Source: Spirochaetota bacterium
GTDB taxonomy: Bacteria > Spirochaetota > GWB1-36-13 > JAKPDD01
NCBI GenBank assembly: GCA_029552945.1
Contig: JAKPDD010000046.1
Location: 139,612 to 203,611 of the forward strand
Direction of reading: 5' to 3'
DNA: 64,000 nucleotides
Made by a program: the position numbers and the translations under genes. Below the pieces are notes generated by a model. It did not search any database. It was not told where the DNA came from and saw only the letters and a list, made by a program, of their open reading frames with translations. Shown here in pieces: positions 49,223 to 59,318 of the stretch (position 1 is its first letter; the number at the start of each line of letters is the position of its first letter).

Positions 49223-50035
49223 ATGAAAATCTTTAAAATACTTACGATTTTTACAATTTTATCTTTTTTTTCTTATTTCCTTTATTCACAAAATATTCCT
49301 AAAAATATACCTTCTGATAAAGTCAATGTAGTTGATTCAAATAATGAAAAAAAGGATAATGTCTCAGATGGTGATCAAACTAAAAAAGATGAAACTAAAA
49401 AAGAGGAAAAAGTTGATGATGGACAAAAGGATATAGATAAAACTACGGAAAATAACAAAGATGAGAAAAAAGATGAAAATAATCAACCAGTTAAAGAGGA
49501 TAAAATAGATAGTATTGAAAAAACTCTTGACAAAGAAAATCTTAATTATAATTATAATATACAACAACCTAAAAGAGTGAAAAATTACACAGAAAAGGGA
49601 ATTATAGAGATAGGAGGAATAAGCTGGTTTGAAAACAAAGCACTAAGAAGTGGTAATTTAAAAAGTATATTATGGACAAATGATTTTATATACTTTTTTA
49701 TTCTTGATTATTTTTTGATGGGTATAAGAGTGGACTTTAATTATAACTTTACAGATAGTATTTATAAATTAACGGGGTATTATGTTATTGGTGGGGCATT
49801 TCCTGTGAGTAATAGTTTTTTTATTATGTTAAGTCTTAATTCTGGATATTCTCAGAATAATTATGAAACATCAAAGTTATTGTTTTCTTATGGCAATGAA
49901 TTATCATTAAAAATAAAGCTTAAAGATCATTTTTTAATGAGTATTGGAATTATGTATAGTTTTTATACAGACTTTTCTCAAGAATTTTTTAATGATAAAT
50001 TAACTGCTAACCTATCTTTCTCTGGTTATTTTTAA
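49223..50035 (+). CDS. Outer-membrane beta-barrel protein with Lys/Asp/Glu-rich linker
   Basis: 270 aa; signal peptide, charged low-complexity region (KKDETKKEEKVDDGQKD), C-terminal beta-strand pattern ending in Phe. Confidence 0.45.
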   Translation: MKIFKILTIFTILSFFSYFLYSQNIPKNIPSDKVNVVDSNNEKKDNVSDGDQTKKDETKKEEKVDDGQKDIDKTTENNKDEKKDENNQPVKEDKIDSIEKTLDKENLNYNYNIQQPKRVKNYTEKGIIEIGGISWFENKALRSGNLKSILWTNDFIYFFILDYFLMGIRVDFNYNFTDSIYKLTGYYVIGGAFPVSNSFFIMLSLNSGYSQNNYETSKLLFSYGNELSLKIKLKDHFLMSIGIMYSFYTDFSQEFFNDKLTANLSFSGYF

Positions 50036-50051
50036 ACTAAGGAGTTAACAG

Positions 50052-50453
50052 ATGTTATGTAAGGATGCAGAGGAACTTATAAAAAAATATAAAGCTGGAT
50101 CTATAACAGCAGATAACTTTTTGTTACTTGTAAGTCATATTAAAGAATGTTCTAAATGTAAAGCTCTTTTTGATAGGGTTGAAGCATCATTGGGTAATAT
50201 TGCTAAAAAAAATTTATTTACAACTATTTATAATAATTTTCTTGAATGGTGTGAAAGAAAATATAGCGAAAAAAAGATCTATACAAAACGTAATTTTTAC
50301 ACTTCTGTTGTTTTTATTATAGGAATTTTACTATATATATTATCTATTTTAAATAAAAGTTATACTTTTAATACTTTTTTTATTATCCTGGCTAGTTTTA
50401 TTGGATTTATTGCAATTTTAATTTTTTTTATAGTTTATTTAGTGAAAGAATAA
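50052..50453 (+). CDS. Membrane protein with N-terminal zinc-finger anti-sigma-factor-like motif
   Basis: 133 aa; C-x25-H-x3-C-x2-C (C3, HIKECSKC) resembles the zinc anti-sigma motif; C-terminal TM helices; no sigma factor gene adjacent. Confidence 0.4.
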   Translation: MLCKDAEELIKKYKAGSITADNFLLLVSHIKECSKCKALFDRVEASLGNIAKKNLFTTIYNNFLEWCERKYSEKKIYTKRNFYTSVVFIIGILLYILSILNKSYTFNTFFIILASFIGFIAILIFFIVYLVKE

Positions 50454-50478
50454 TTTTGTTTTACAGAAGAGGTTCAAG

Positions 50479-53400
50479 ATGAGTAGTATTGTAAAAAATC
50501 TTATTTTTCTTTTTGTTTTAATATTATTTTACTCAATTATAACACTTTTATTAAACTTCAAGGTTGAGTCTGATAGAAAGTTAAGAAAAAAAACAACTAA
50601 TAATATTTTTATTTTACTTTTTGGTTTTAGTTCATCTTTTTTAGTTCTTGATCTATGGTTATTATTAAGTTCTGTTGGTATTTATAATACATTTGGCTGG
50701 TGGGGAGGCTATGCTTTTTTAATTGGTGTTCTAGTAGGGATTTTCTTTTTATCTATGGTATATAAAAGACTTCAGTATTCTTTTAAAAGATATAAAATAT
50801 ATACACCATTTGATTTTTTATCATTTAGGTACCCTGGCTTTAATTTTATATCAAAGGTAGCTAATTATATATTTATGTTAGCATTTTTTCCAATGATTTT
50901 TTTTCAAGTTAAAGTTTTACAGGTACTATTATTTCCTGATATATCTTCATATCTAGGCCTGGCAATAATAATATTCCCTATGCTTATACTATTTCTTTTT
51001 AATGATAATAAAGATAAAAGAGTTCCTTATCTTTTTATTGCTTTTCTTGGTATAGTTTTTATGGTAGCAGGTATATTTGCAAATTATAACACAATTTCAC
51101 AATTATATTTTATTAAACCTAAAATAAGTAATTTTTTAGTAGCTATTCTTTTAGGATTCTCTTTTTATCTTATTATGCCGAGGAACTTTTCAGCTTATTC
51201 ATATAAAAAGATTGATTTTTCTGAGATAGATTCTACAAGAAGAAAGTTTTTTATATCTCTTATTATAGGTGTTATACTTTTATTAAACATCCTGCCTTTA
51301 GGTGGGTTTTATGTAAGTAATAACTTTTTAAGTTTAATTTTAGTATTAACTGTTGCATGTGGTGTTGGAATTTCTCAGTTATTCGCTATTAAGTCTATTA
51401 TATACTCTGGTTTAAAAAGGTATAACACATATTCTATGATGCATGTATCTATAATATCAATTTTTATTTATGTAATACTTACGTTTTTATTTAATTATTT
51501 TATTGAATTGAAAAATATTAACTATAGTAGATTATATATCTGGTCTATTTCTATTCTTCCTATAATTGTTGTTCCCTATATAGGCGGGTTATTTATTAAA
51601 AGGGCAAGGAGTATAAACTTTTATTTAAGTCTTATAGCTGGGCTTATAGTATGGTATCATATGGTTGTAAATGAAGAAATATTGGGTTTTACTATAAGTT
51701 TATTAAAAATCAAGTTTACTACTGAAACTCAGATCTTTTATCCATTTTTAGCATCATTAATATTCTTTATAATTCCACTACCGTTTATAAGAAAAGCTCC
51801 TGAAAATGTAAGAATTTTACTTGAACCTGAAAGTATCGTTATTGAGAGTTTTCTTGAAAAATATGATGATTACAAAAGTTTACTTTATACAAAAGAGGGC
51901 TTAAAAGTATTTATATTGTTTTTTGATAGAAAAAATGAGTTTTTTACAAAAGAGTTTCTAGTTTATATTACTAAATTACCAAGAACAAGGTTAACAAGTA
52001 TATTAGAGGCATTAAAAAAGTTTGGATTTATTGAACAATACGGTGAATATTACACATATAAAAAACAGGATAAAGAGTTTGAAAGACTTTTGGATAAACT
52101 TATAATAGGATATCATGCTGTTGAGAATTTATTAAGATATAAAGCGGAGAAAGACTTTGAAGAATATAGAATTAATGTTATAAAGAAAACAGATGAAATT
52201 GAAACTCATTTTAATATGCTTGAACTTCTCAATGAGGTTTCTAAAGGTCTTTCTAATATAACATCATTTAATGAATTATATAGAAAAATAACGTCTCTTG
52301 TTGTGAATAATCTTGGGTTTGAATGTTCTGAGTTTTTTATGATTAAGAAAAATAATGATAAATATGAGTTTGTCCCTGTTTCTCTATTTTTCTCAAATTA
52401 TAGACACTTAATGTCATCACTTGATTTTTATTCAAGCTATGTTAAGAATAATGAATACATGATGGCAGCTCTTAATAAAGCTATAAATGAAAATATTGTT
52501 GTAATAAATGACCCGAAAGAAATTGAAAAACTTAATACACTTGAAAAATATAGTTCAATAGGTTTTTCACTAATTGTTCAGGATAATCAGCCTTTTGCAA
52601 TATTAGTCTATGGTTATATGAGTGAAGGAAGGACAGTTACATCATCTGACTTGCAAAAAATAGATTTTATTATAAACAATCTTACTCAGACATCTATTAT
52701 TATTTCTTTGTATGAAAGTTTGGAAGAAAAAATAAGACAAAGAACAGCTGAGTTAGAAAAGGCTAACCAGGAATTAAAAGTATTTAACCAGAAATTAAGT
52801 GCATTAAACAAAGAGATAAAAAGGGAAATGATGACAGCATCTTCTATACAAAAGGCTATTTTACCTTCTGAATTTCCTTATCCAGATTATGTTGAAATAG
52901 CTGCGAAATTAAAAGCAATGCCAGACCTTACACTTACTGAAGAAGAGAGAAAAAGGATAGATATCAGTGGTGACTACTATGATGTATTTGATATGGGAGA
53001 TGGTAAGATAGGTATTCTTATAGCAGATGTTACAGGTCATGGTATACCATCAGCTTTAATTACAACAATGGCTAAAATATCATTTTATACTCATGCTATT
53101 GATGGTGGTTCAACAGCAGAAATATGTGATAGAGTAAACAAAGATATTTATGAAGCTATTGGTATAGGTGATACTGGTTTTTATGTAACAGTATTTTTTA
53201 GCATATATGATACAAAAACTGGTAAAATCCAATTTACAAATGCAGGACATCATAAAGGTATTCTTGTTAGAAATAATGGAAGAATAGAATATTTAGATAC
53301 ACAGGGATTTTTTATAGGTTCGTTTGAGGGTGTTGAATATAATTATGGCGAAGCTTATTTTGATGAAGGAGATACTTTTATTTTATATACTGATGGTATA

Positions 53401-53991
53401 GTTGAGCAAAAATCTGAAAAAGATGAGTTTTATGAAGAGATATTTTATAATAAGTTATCTTCAATTTCCGCTAAAAAGCCAAGTGAATTTGTTGAACATA
53501 TATTTTCTGATATAGATGTTTTTAGAGGTTCTTATCCTATTAAGGATGATATGACATTGATTGTTTTAAGAGTAAAAAAGGTTATTGAAAGACCAACTTC
53601 TGAAAAAACAAGTGCTAATATAACTGAGATTTCTTCTCTTATAAAAGATATTATTGAGGAATATAATTCCAAAAAAAAGCTATCAGACAAAAATTTATCA
53701 GTATTAAATAATATAATAGATGATGTTAATAATCCTACACTTTATTACATAAAAGCTATGATTGAGTTTAAAGAGAATAATTTTGAGATATCATCTAAAT
53801 ATTTTAAAAAAGCATTGTCCTTATTAAAACAACCAAATACAATACTTTTAAATAATGCTGGGGTATCATTTTATAAAACAGGTGATTATCAGGAAGCTAA
53901 GAAATGTTGGGATAAAGTTTTGTCAATAGATCCTAATAATGCTAATGCACTTAAAAATATAAAACTTTTAGAAAATAAAAAATTAACTTAA
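50479..53991 (+). CDS. Multidomain sensor phosphatase: 13-TM transporter-like domain, GAF-like region, coiled coil, PP2C/SpoIIE serine phosphatase, C-terminal TPR
   Basis: 1170 aa; about 13 hydrophobic helices in the first 440 residues; PP2C-like motifs ISGDYYDVFD, ADVTGHGIPSAL, ILYTDGIVEQ; TPR-like C-terminus. Confidence 0.7.
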   Translation: MSSIVKNLIFLFVLILFYSIITLLLNFKVESDRKLRKKTTNNIFILLFGFSSSFLVLDLWLLLSSVGIYNTFGWWGGYAFLIGVLVGIFFLSMVYKRLQYSFKRYKIYTPFDFLSFRYPGFNFISKVANYIFMLAFFPMIFFQVKVLQVLLFPDISSYLGLAIIIFPMLILFLFNDNKDKRVPYLFIAFLGIVFMVAGIFANYNTISQLYFIKPKISNFLVAILLGFSFYLIMPRNFSAYSYKKIDFSEIDSTRRKFFISLIIGVILLLNILPLGGFYVSNNFLSLILVLTVACGVGISQLFAIKSIIYSGLKRYNTYSMMHVSIISIFIYVILTFLFNYFIELKNINYSRLYIWSISILPIIVVPYIGGLFIKRARSINFYLSLIAGLIVWYHMVVNEEILGFTISLLKIKFTTETQIFYPFLASLIFFIIPLPFIRKAPENVRILLEPESIVIESFLEKYDDYKSLLYTKEGLKVFILFFDRKNEFFTKEFLVYITKLPRTRLTSILEALKKFGFIEQYGEYYTYKKQDKEFERLLDKLIIGYHAVENLLRYKAEKDFEEYRINVIKKTDEIETHFNMLELLNEVSKGLSNITSFNELYRKITSLVVNNLGFECSEFFMIKKNNDKYEFVPVSLFFSNYRHLMSSLDFYSSYVKNNEYMMAALNKAINENIVVINDPKEIEKLNTLEKYSSIGFSLIVQDNQPFAILVYGYMSEGRTVTSSDLQKIDFIINNLTQTSIIISLYESLEEKIRQRTAELEKANQELKVFNQKLSALNKEIKREMMTASSIQKAILPSEFPYPDYVEIAAKLKAMPDLTLTEEERKRIDISGDYYDVFDMGDGKIGILIADVTGHGIPSALITTMAKISFYTHAIDGGSTAEICDRVNKDIYEAIGIGDTGFYVTVFFSIYDTKTGKIQFTNAGHHKGILVRNNGRIEYLDTQGFFIGSFEGVEYNYGEAYFDEGDTFILYTDGIVEQKSEKDEFYEEIFYNKLSSISAKKPSEFVEHIFSDIDVFRGSYPIKDDMTLIVLRVKKVIERPTSEKTSANITEISSLIKDIIEEYNSKKKLSDKNLSVLNNIIDDVNNPTLYYIKAMIEFKENNFEISSKYFKKALSLLKQPNTILLNNAGVSFYKTGDYQEAKKCWDKVLSIDPNNANALKNIKLLENKKLT

Positions 53992-54092
53992 AGTTTAAAT
54001 TTTTGTAATTTTAAATTTGTGTTTTAAAATTTTGTATTTTATTATATTTTTATACTATTTTAATAAAGTTATCTTTCATAAAAGGGGTAAAT

Positions 54093-54458
54093 ATGCATTT
54101 ACAGGAATTAATAAAAAAGAACTTGGAACAAATAAGGATGCTTTATTTACAAACATTTGAGGAATTAACAAATAATCAGACTAATATAGAAATTGTAATA
54201 AAAGAGGTGCTCGATAAAAAAATTACAGAGGACCAAGCTGTAGAAAAAATAAATAAAGCTGTTTTATATGCTGAAGAGCTTCAAAAAGGTTTTTCTAAAA
54301 AGATGAAAGAGAGTCTTAACTCTTTAATTTCATGTTTTCCTGATGTTGATTCTGAAGAGGTAAAAAAGATAAAAGATGAGATTGAAAAAATTTACCTTGA
54401 AATGGAGGATGGTGTATCACGATTTGTTGAAAAGGTAAAAGAACTTTATAAGATATAG
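54093..54458 (+). CDS. Hypothetical helical protein
   Basis: 121-aa ORF between the sensor phosphatase gene and dxs; no recognised motif. Confidence 0.3.
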   Translation: MHLQELIKKNLEQIRMLYLQTFEELTNNQTNIEIVIKEVLDKKITEDQAVEKINKAVLYAEELQKGFSKKMKESLNSLISCFPDVDSEEVKKIKDEIEKIYLEMEDGVSRFVEKVKELYKI

Positions 54459-54474
54459 ATTTTAAGGTTTTTTA

Positions 54475-56289
54475 ATGTTTAATCTTATAAATTCTCCTTC
54501 TGACATCAAAAGTCTTGATATTAATAAATTAGATATCTTGTCTAAAGAAATAAGAGACTTTTTAATTAAGAGTGTAAAAACAACTGGTGGGCACCTTGCT
54601 TCTAACCTTGGTATAGTTGAGATTACACTAGCTATTGCTAAAGTATTTGATCTTGATAAAAATCCTGTTATATATGATGTAAGTCATCAGTCTTATGTTC
54701 ATAAGCTTATAACTGGAAGAAAGAGTTTTGAAAATTTAAGAATGTTTGGTGGGATTTCAGGGTATACTGACCCTTATGAAAGTAAATATGATGTTTTTAA
54801 ACTAGGTCATGCGGGGACATCAATATCTTTGGGAATGGGTATTAAATTTGCTGCTGATTTTATGAATGAAGATATAAGACCTATTATTATAATAGGTGAT
54901 GCATCTATTTCGAACGGGGTAGCTTTTGAGGCTTTAAATCATTTAGGTGAAGCTAAAAAAGATGTTATAATACTATTAAATGATAATCAGATGTCTATTT
55001 CAAAAACTGTTGGAGCTTTATCTAAGTATTTTTCAGATTTTATGACAAGTAAACTTGTTCTGAATTTAAAAGATATTTCAAAGAAAATCTCTAATGTTCT
55101 TGGAAATAGTTTAAAACTCAATGCTGAAAAAATAGTAAAAAGAATTGAAAACGCTATTTATCCTAATATCTTTAATGTTTTGGGTATAAAGTACATAGGT
55201 CCTATTGATGGCCACAGTATAAAAAACCTGGTAGAAGTTTTTGATTATGTAAAAAAGAATAGAGGTCCTTATCTTGTTCATGTTGTTACAAAGAAAGGGA
55301 AAGGCCTTAAGGAAGCTGAAGAAAATCCAGCAATATACCATAGTGTTTCTGGTATAAAATCTAAAAGAGAGGTTACTTTTACAGATGTTTTTTCTGATGT
55401 AATGGTAAATATAGGTAGAGAATATAAAAATGTATTTGCTATTACTGCCGCAATGTCTGAGGGGACAGGACTTAACAAGTTTGCAAAACTTTATCCTGAT
55501 AGGTATATTGACGTTGGGATTGCAGAGGAACATGCTGTTGCTTTAGCAGCTGCTATGAGCCTTAAAGGTGTAAAACCTGTTGTTGCAATATATTCTACAT
55601 TCCTTCAAAGGAGTTTTGACCAACTTTTTCAGGAAATTAGTCTACAAGACAATATATCTCCTATATTTGTGTTGGATAGAGCAGGTCTGGTTGGGCCTGA
55701 TGGACCTACTCACCATGGTGTTTTTGATATAGGTTATACTAAGATTTTACCAAAAATGGTTTTAATGGCTCCAAAAGATGGCGAGGAACTTGAAAAAATG
55801 TTATATTTTGCTATAAGTATTGATAGACCAGTAGTTATAAGATTTCCTAAATCTGGATTTTTTGAGTTTCATAAATCAGCCCCTTTAGAGTTTGGCAAGT
55901 CTGAAGTTATAAATTATGATAAAAATGCATGTATAAATATATTTACTTATGGTAGTATAATTGGTAATGTGTTTCAAGCAATTGAAAGTCTTGGTATAAA
56001 TTATAATCTTGTAAATCTAAGATTCGCTAAACCACTGGATATTGATACAATATTGAATATAGTTTCAAATAATAAACCAGTTATTACTGTTGAAGAGCAT
56101 TCTTTAATTGGTGGAGTTGGGGAAAGTATTAATTCGATATTGTTGAAAAACTCTTTTAATAATAAAGTTGTAAATCTTGGACTTGATGATATATATTATC
56201 CTCATGGTGATAGAGATAAACTCTTATCTCTTGCTAAATTAGACGTTGATAATATTATTTTATTGATAAAAAATTTTTTAAAAAGTTAA
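54475..56289 (+). CDS. dxs: 1-deoxy-D-xylulose-5-phosphate synthase
   Basis: 604 aa; thiamine-diphosphate binding GDG...N motif region (IIGDASISNGVAFEALNHLG) and transketolase-like C-terminal domains. Confidence 0.95.
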   Translation: MFNLINSPSDIKSLDINKLDILSKEIRDFLIKSVKTTGGHLASNLGIVEITLAIAKVFDLDKNPVIYDVSHQSYVHKLITGRKSFENLRMFGGISGYTDPYESKYDVFKLGHAGTSISLGMGIKFAADFMNEDIRPIIIIGDASISNGVAFEALNHLGEAKKDVIILLNDNQMSISKTVGALSKYFSDFMTSKLVLNLKDISKKISNVLGNSLKLNAEKIVKRIENAIYPNIFNVLGIKYIGPIDGHSIKNLVEVFDYVKKNRGPYLVHVVTKKGKGLKEAEENPAIYHSVSGIKSKREVTFTDVFSDVMVNIGREYKNVFAITAAMSEGTGLNKFAKLYPDRYIDVGIAEEHAVALAAAMSLKGVKPVVAIYSTFLQRSFDQLFQEISLQDNISPIFVLDRAGLVGPDGPTHHGVFDIGYTKILPKMVLMAPKDGEELEKMLYFAISIDRPVVIRFPKSGFFEFHKSAPLEFGKSEVINYDKNACINIFTYGSIIGNVFQAIESLGINYNLVNLRFAKPLDIDTILNIVSNNKPVITVEEHSLIGGVGESINSILLKNSFNNKVVNLGLDDIYYPHGDRDKLLSLAKLDVDNIILLIKNFLKS

Positions 56290-56304
56290 ATTTATTTATA
56301 ATTT

Positions 56305-56658
56305 TTGTATCTGGAGGTATTTATGCAAAATAGTAGCAAGATTAAAGCAGTTTTTCTATTAGCTGTATTAATTATTATAACAGGTTTGATAATCTATTTT
56401 TCAAGCTCAAATAATGTTGCAACAGACGGCCATATAAAAGATATATCATTGATTGATTTAAATAGAGAAATAATAAATACTCAAAAGGTTGTAGTTGATA
56501 CTAAAAATATTATAGAGTCAGTTAACTCAAAAATAAACTTTATGATATTTCTGACAATACTAAATATAATTATATCATCAATTGTTATTTTCTTTACTAT
56601 TATTAAAAGGAGAGAAAAAGATATTAATAACAAGAATGTTGAAAAAAATATTTCTTAA
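56305..56658 (+). CDS. Small membrane protein
   Basis: 117 aa with two predicted TM helices; overlaps the putative lptC start. Confidence 0.3.
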   Translation: MYLEVFMQNSSKIKAVFLLAVLIIITGLIIYFSSSNNVATDGHIKDISLIDLNREIINTQKVVVDTKNIIESVNSKINFMIFLTILNIIISSIVIFFTIIKRREKDINNKNVEKNIS

Positions 56659-57181
56659 TATTTTACTTTTTATTATTTTGACGTACTGTAGTCAACCAAA
56701 TGTTGAGGATGAAATTAAGGAATATAAAGATATAAGTAGATTTTCAGCTGAAAATTATATTTATGTTTCTTATAAAAATAATAAACCAAATATGTTTTTA
56801 AGTAGTGAAAGTGTGAATTATGATAACAAGACTTCTAATTTTGTTATGGATAATGTTATCTCTAAAATAGATTCAGGATATAATGAATACAGTTATATAC
56901 TATCAAAGAAAGGTATTTATAACCTTGAGAATAAAACAACCACATTTTTTGAAAATGTTAAAATTGTTGTTGAAGATAGGTATTTACTTGAGGGTACTTT
57001 TTTCAGGTGGAAAGGGAGTGAATCTGTACTCGAGACAAACCCCGGGACTCCAATCCTTATAAGGGATAAGTCTGGTTTATTAGTAAGTGGATATGATTTT
57101 AAGCTTGATACAAATACAAAAAGGTTTTATATTACAAATGTGTCTATGTCATTACCAGAGTCTGATAATGAAGGCTTTTAG
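56636..57181 (+). CDS. LptC-like LPS export protein
   Basis: ORF track starts at TTG 56582; ATG at 56636 gives an N-terminal membrane anchor MLKKIFLNILLFIILTY followed by a beta-jellyroll-like region; lies directly upstream of OstA-like and LptB genes. Confidence 0.45.
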   Translation: MLKKIFLNILLFIILTYCSQPNVEDEIKEYKDISRFSAENYIYVSYKNNKPNMFLSSESVNYDNKTSNFVMDNVISKIDSGYNEYSYILSKKGIYNLENKTTTFFENVKIVVEDRYLLEGTFFRWKGSESVLETNPGTPILIRDKSGLLVSGYDFKLDTNTKRFYITNVSMSLPESDNEGF

Positions 57182-58316
57182 ATTAATATTTTTTTATTTT
57201 ATTTTTTTTATTCCTTTAACATTATTATCTGAAATTATTATAAAATCTAATAGTATGGATGTTGATTACAGAAATAATTATTTTACACTTAATGGTAATG
57301 TTTCTGTTAATACAAAAGATTATTTTATGACAGCTGATAATCTTATATATAAAAAACAGGAAAAAACTATTATGGCAAGTGGAAATATTGTCATTGAGTT
57401 TATAAAAGATAAGAGAAGAGTTAATGCGAATACTATGATTAAAGACAAGTCATCAACTTTTTTTACAGGAAATCCAGTTCGTTTTGTTGATTTTGATAAA
57501 GAGAGAACAATAGATGGCAATTCTATAAGAATAATTAAGAAAGACAATGATGAGAGTATATATGTAGATGGTAATGTAGTTATAACTACTGATAAAATGA
57601 AGATAGAATCAGAGAAAATTGAATACTACTCTTCTCAGAAAATAATGCTAATAAATGGTAAGTCTATTATCAAAAAGGATGATTATTCTATAAAAACATA
57701 TGGTATAAAATATATTGAAGATGAAAAATTATTAATATTTGATAAAGAGACAGAAATTGAGAAAAATAAAATGAGTGTTCTTGCAAAGAAGGGTTTTTAT
57801 AATGAAAAAGAGGATTTGATTGATACAGAGGATGTCATATATAAAAAAGATGATACTATTATATTGTCTGAAAAACTTAAAAGTTTTAAAAGTAATAATT
57901 CAAATATTTATAGTTTTAAAGGCGTGCGAGAAATTAAAGATAAAAACATGAAAGGAAAAACAAAAGAGATTGAATATGATGAAAAAAATGATATTCTAGT
58001 AATGAAAGGTGATGCTTTCATTCAGGATACAGAAAAAGACCTGGATATAATATCAGATGTTATAAGAATGGATAGAAAACAAGATAAAGCATTTTTAGTT
58101 GGCTCAGTTAATATAAGACAAAAGGATAAGGTTATAACAAGTAGTATTGGTTATTATGATAAAAAAAATGATAAAATAGTAATGACTGGTAATCCTATTT
58201 ATAAAAAGGGAAATGATATAACGTATGCACAGGTTATTATACTTGATACAAAAACAAATAATGTTATAATGCAGGGCGAGATCAAAGGCAAATTTGATAT
58301 CAGGAAGGTAAAATAA
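57168..58316 (+). CDS. LptA/OstA-like periplasmic protein (long form with repeated OstA-like segments)
   Basis: ORF track starts at 57087; ATG at 57168 begins a signal peptide MKAFRLIFFYFIFFIPLTLLS; repeated motifs (TGNPV, MTGNPI, GNVVITTD); about 380 aa, longer than typical LptA. Confidence 0.55.
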   Translation: MKAFRLIFFYFIFFIPLTLLSEIIIKSNSMDVDYRNNYFTLNGNVSVNTKDYFMTADNLIYKKQEKTIMASGNIVIEFIKDKRRVNANTMIKDKSSTFFTGNPVRFVDFDKERTIDGNSIRIIKKDNDESIYVDGNVVITTDKMKIESEKIEYYSSQKIMLINGKSIIKKDDYSIKTYGIKYIEDEKLLIFDKETEIEKNKMSVLAKKGFYNEKEDLIDTEDVIYKKDDTIILSEKLKSFKSNNSNIYSFKGVREIKDKNMKGKTKEIEYDEKNDILVMKGDAFIQDTEKDLDIISDVIRMDRKQDKAFLVGSVNIRQKDKVITSSIGYYDKKNDKIVMTGNPIYKKGNDITYAQVIILDTKTNNVIMQGEIKGKFDIRKVK

Positions 58317-59299
58317 TGGAAAATATAGATGAATTAAAAGCAAAAATAACTGAACTTGAAACTACAATAAAGGCTTATGAAAATATATTAGAACTTACAG
58401 CTAAAGAGCAGAAACAACTTTATTCTCAGCTTGAGGCTTATGAAAAGCTCTTTGAAATGTCCCAGACAGAAATGAAAGAGATAATAAAAAAACAGGAGGA
58501 AGAACTTGATATTGAAAGAGTTAAGAAGGAGACAGAAGAGATTAGACTTAAAAGAATAAAAGGATTTGAGGATATAAAATTATCAACACTTGATATAGTA
58601 AAAAGATTTGGAAGTGTTACAGCAGTTGATCATGTTTCTTTAGAATTAAGAAGGGGTGAGATTGTTGGCTTGTTGGGGCCAAATGGTGCTGGTAAAACAA
58701 CGACTTTTTATATTATAGTTGGTCTTGAAAAACCAGATTCAGGCTTAATTTTTTTTAATGATAAAAACATTACTAAAATGCCAATGTATAAACGTTCCAG
58801 ACTTGGAATAAATTATCTTCCTCAGGAACCATCAGTATTTAGAGGAATGAGTGTAAAAGATAATATAATGTCTATACTTGAGATAAGACAGGACCTTGGT
58901 AAAAACGAAAAAAAGAGAAAGCTTGAAGAATTATTGGAAAAGCTTGATATAGAATATATTGCAAATACACCAGCATATGCTTTAAGTGGTGGTGAAAGGA
59001 GAAGGGTTGAGATAGCAAGAGCATTAGCATCTGAACCTATATTTTTACTTCTTGATGAGCCTTTTGCGGGTATAGACCCTATTGCTGTTCAAGAAATACA
59101 GAACATTATAAAAAAATTGGTTGATGAGACTGGAGTTGGGATATTAATAACTGACCATAATGCAAGAGAGACATTAAGAATAACAGATAGGGCCTATATT
59201 ATTGTTGAGGGTAGTATATTTGCAAGCGGACACTCTGTTGAACTTGCACACAGTCAAAAAGTTAAAAAAATATATCTTGGTGATAATTTTAAGCTCTGA
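58316..59299 (+). CDS. lptB: LPS export ABC transporter ATP-binding protein LptB with about 85-aa N-terminal coiled-coil extension
   Basis: 327 aa; residues about 88-327 align with LptB (GLLGPNGAGKTTTFY, LSGGERRRVEIARAL, LLLDEPFAGIDP, ITDHNARETL); ATG overlaps the lptA stop as TAATG; no alternative start near the ABC domain. Confidence 0.8.
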   Translation: MENIDELKAKITELETTIKAYENILELTAKEQKQLYSQLEAYEKLFEMSQTEMKEIIKKQEEELDIERVKKETEEIRLKRIKGFEDIKLSTLDIVKRFGSVTAVDHVSLELRRGEIVGLLGPNGAGKTTTFYIIVGLEKPDSGLIFFNDKNITKMPMYKRSRLGINYLPQEPSVFRGMSVKDNIMSILEIRQDLGKNEKKRKLEELLEKLDIEYIANTPAYALSGGERRRVEIARALASEPIFLLLDEPFAGIDPIAVQEIQNIIKKLVDETGVGILITDHNARETLRITDRAYIIVEGSIFASGHSVELAHSQKVKKIYLGDNFKL

Positions 59300-59318
59300 T
59301 TTTATTTTCTAAATTTAT

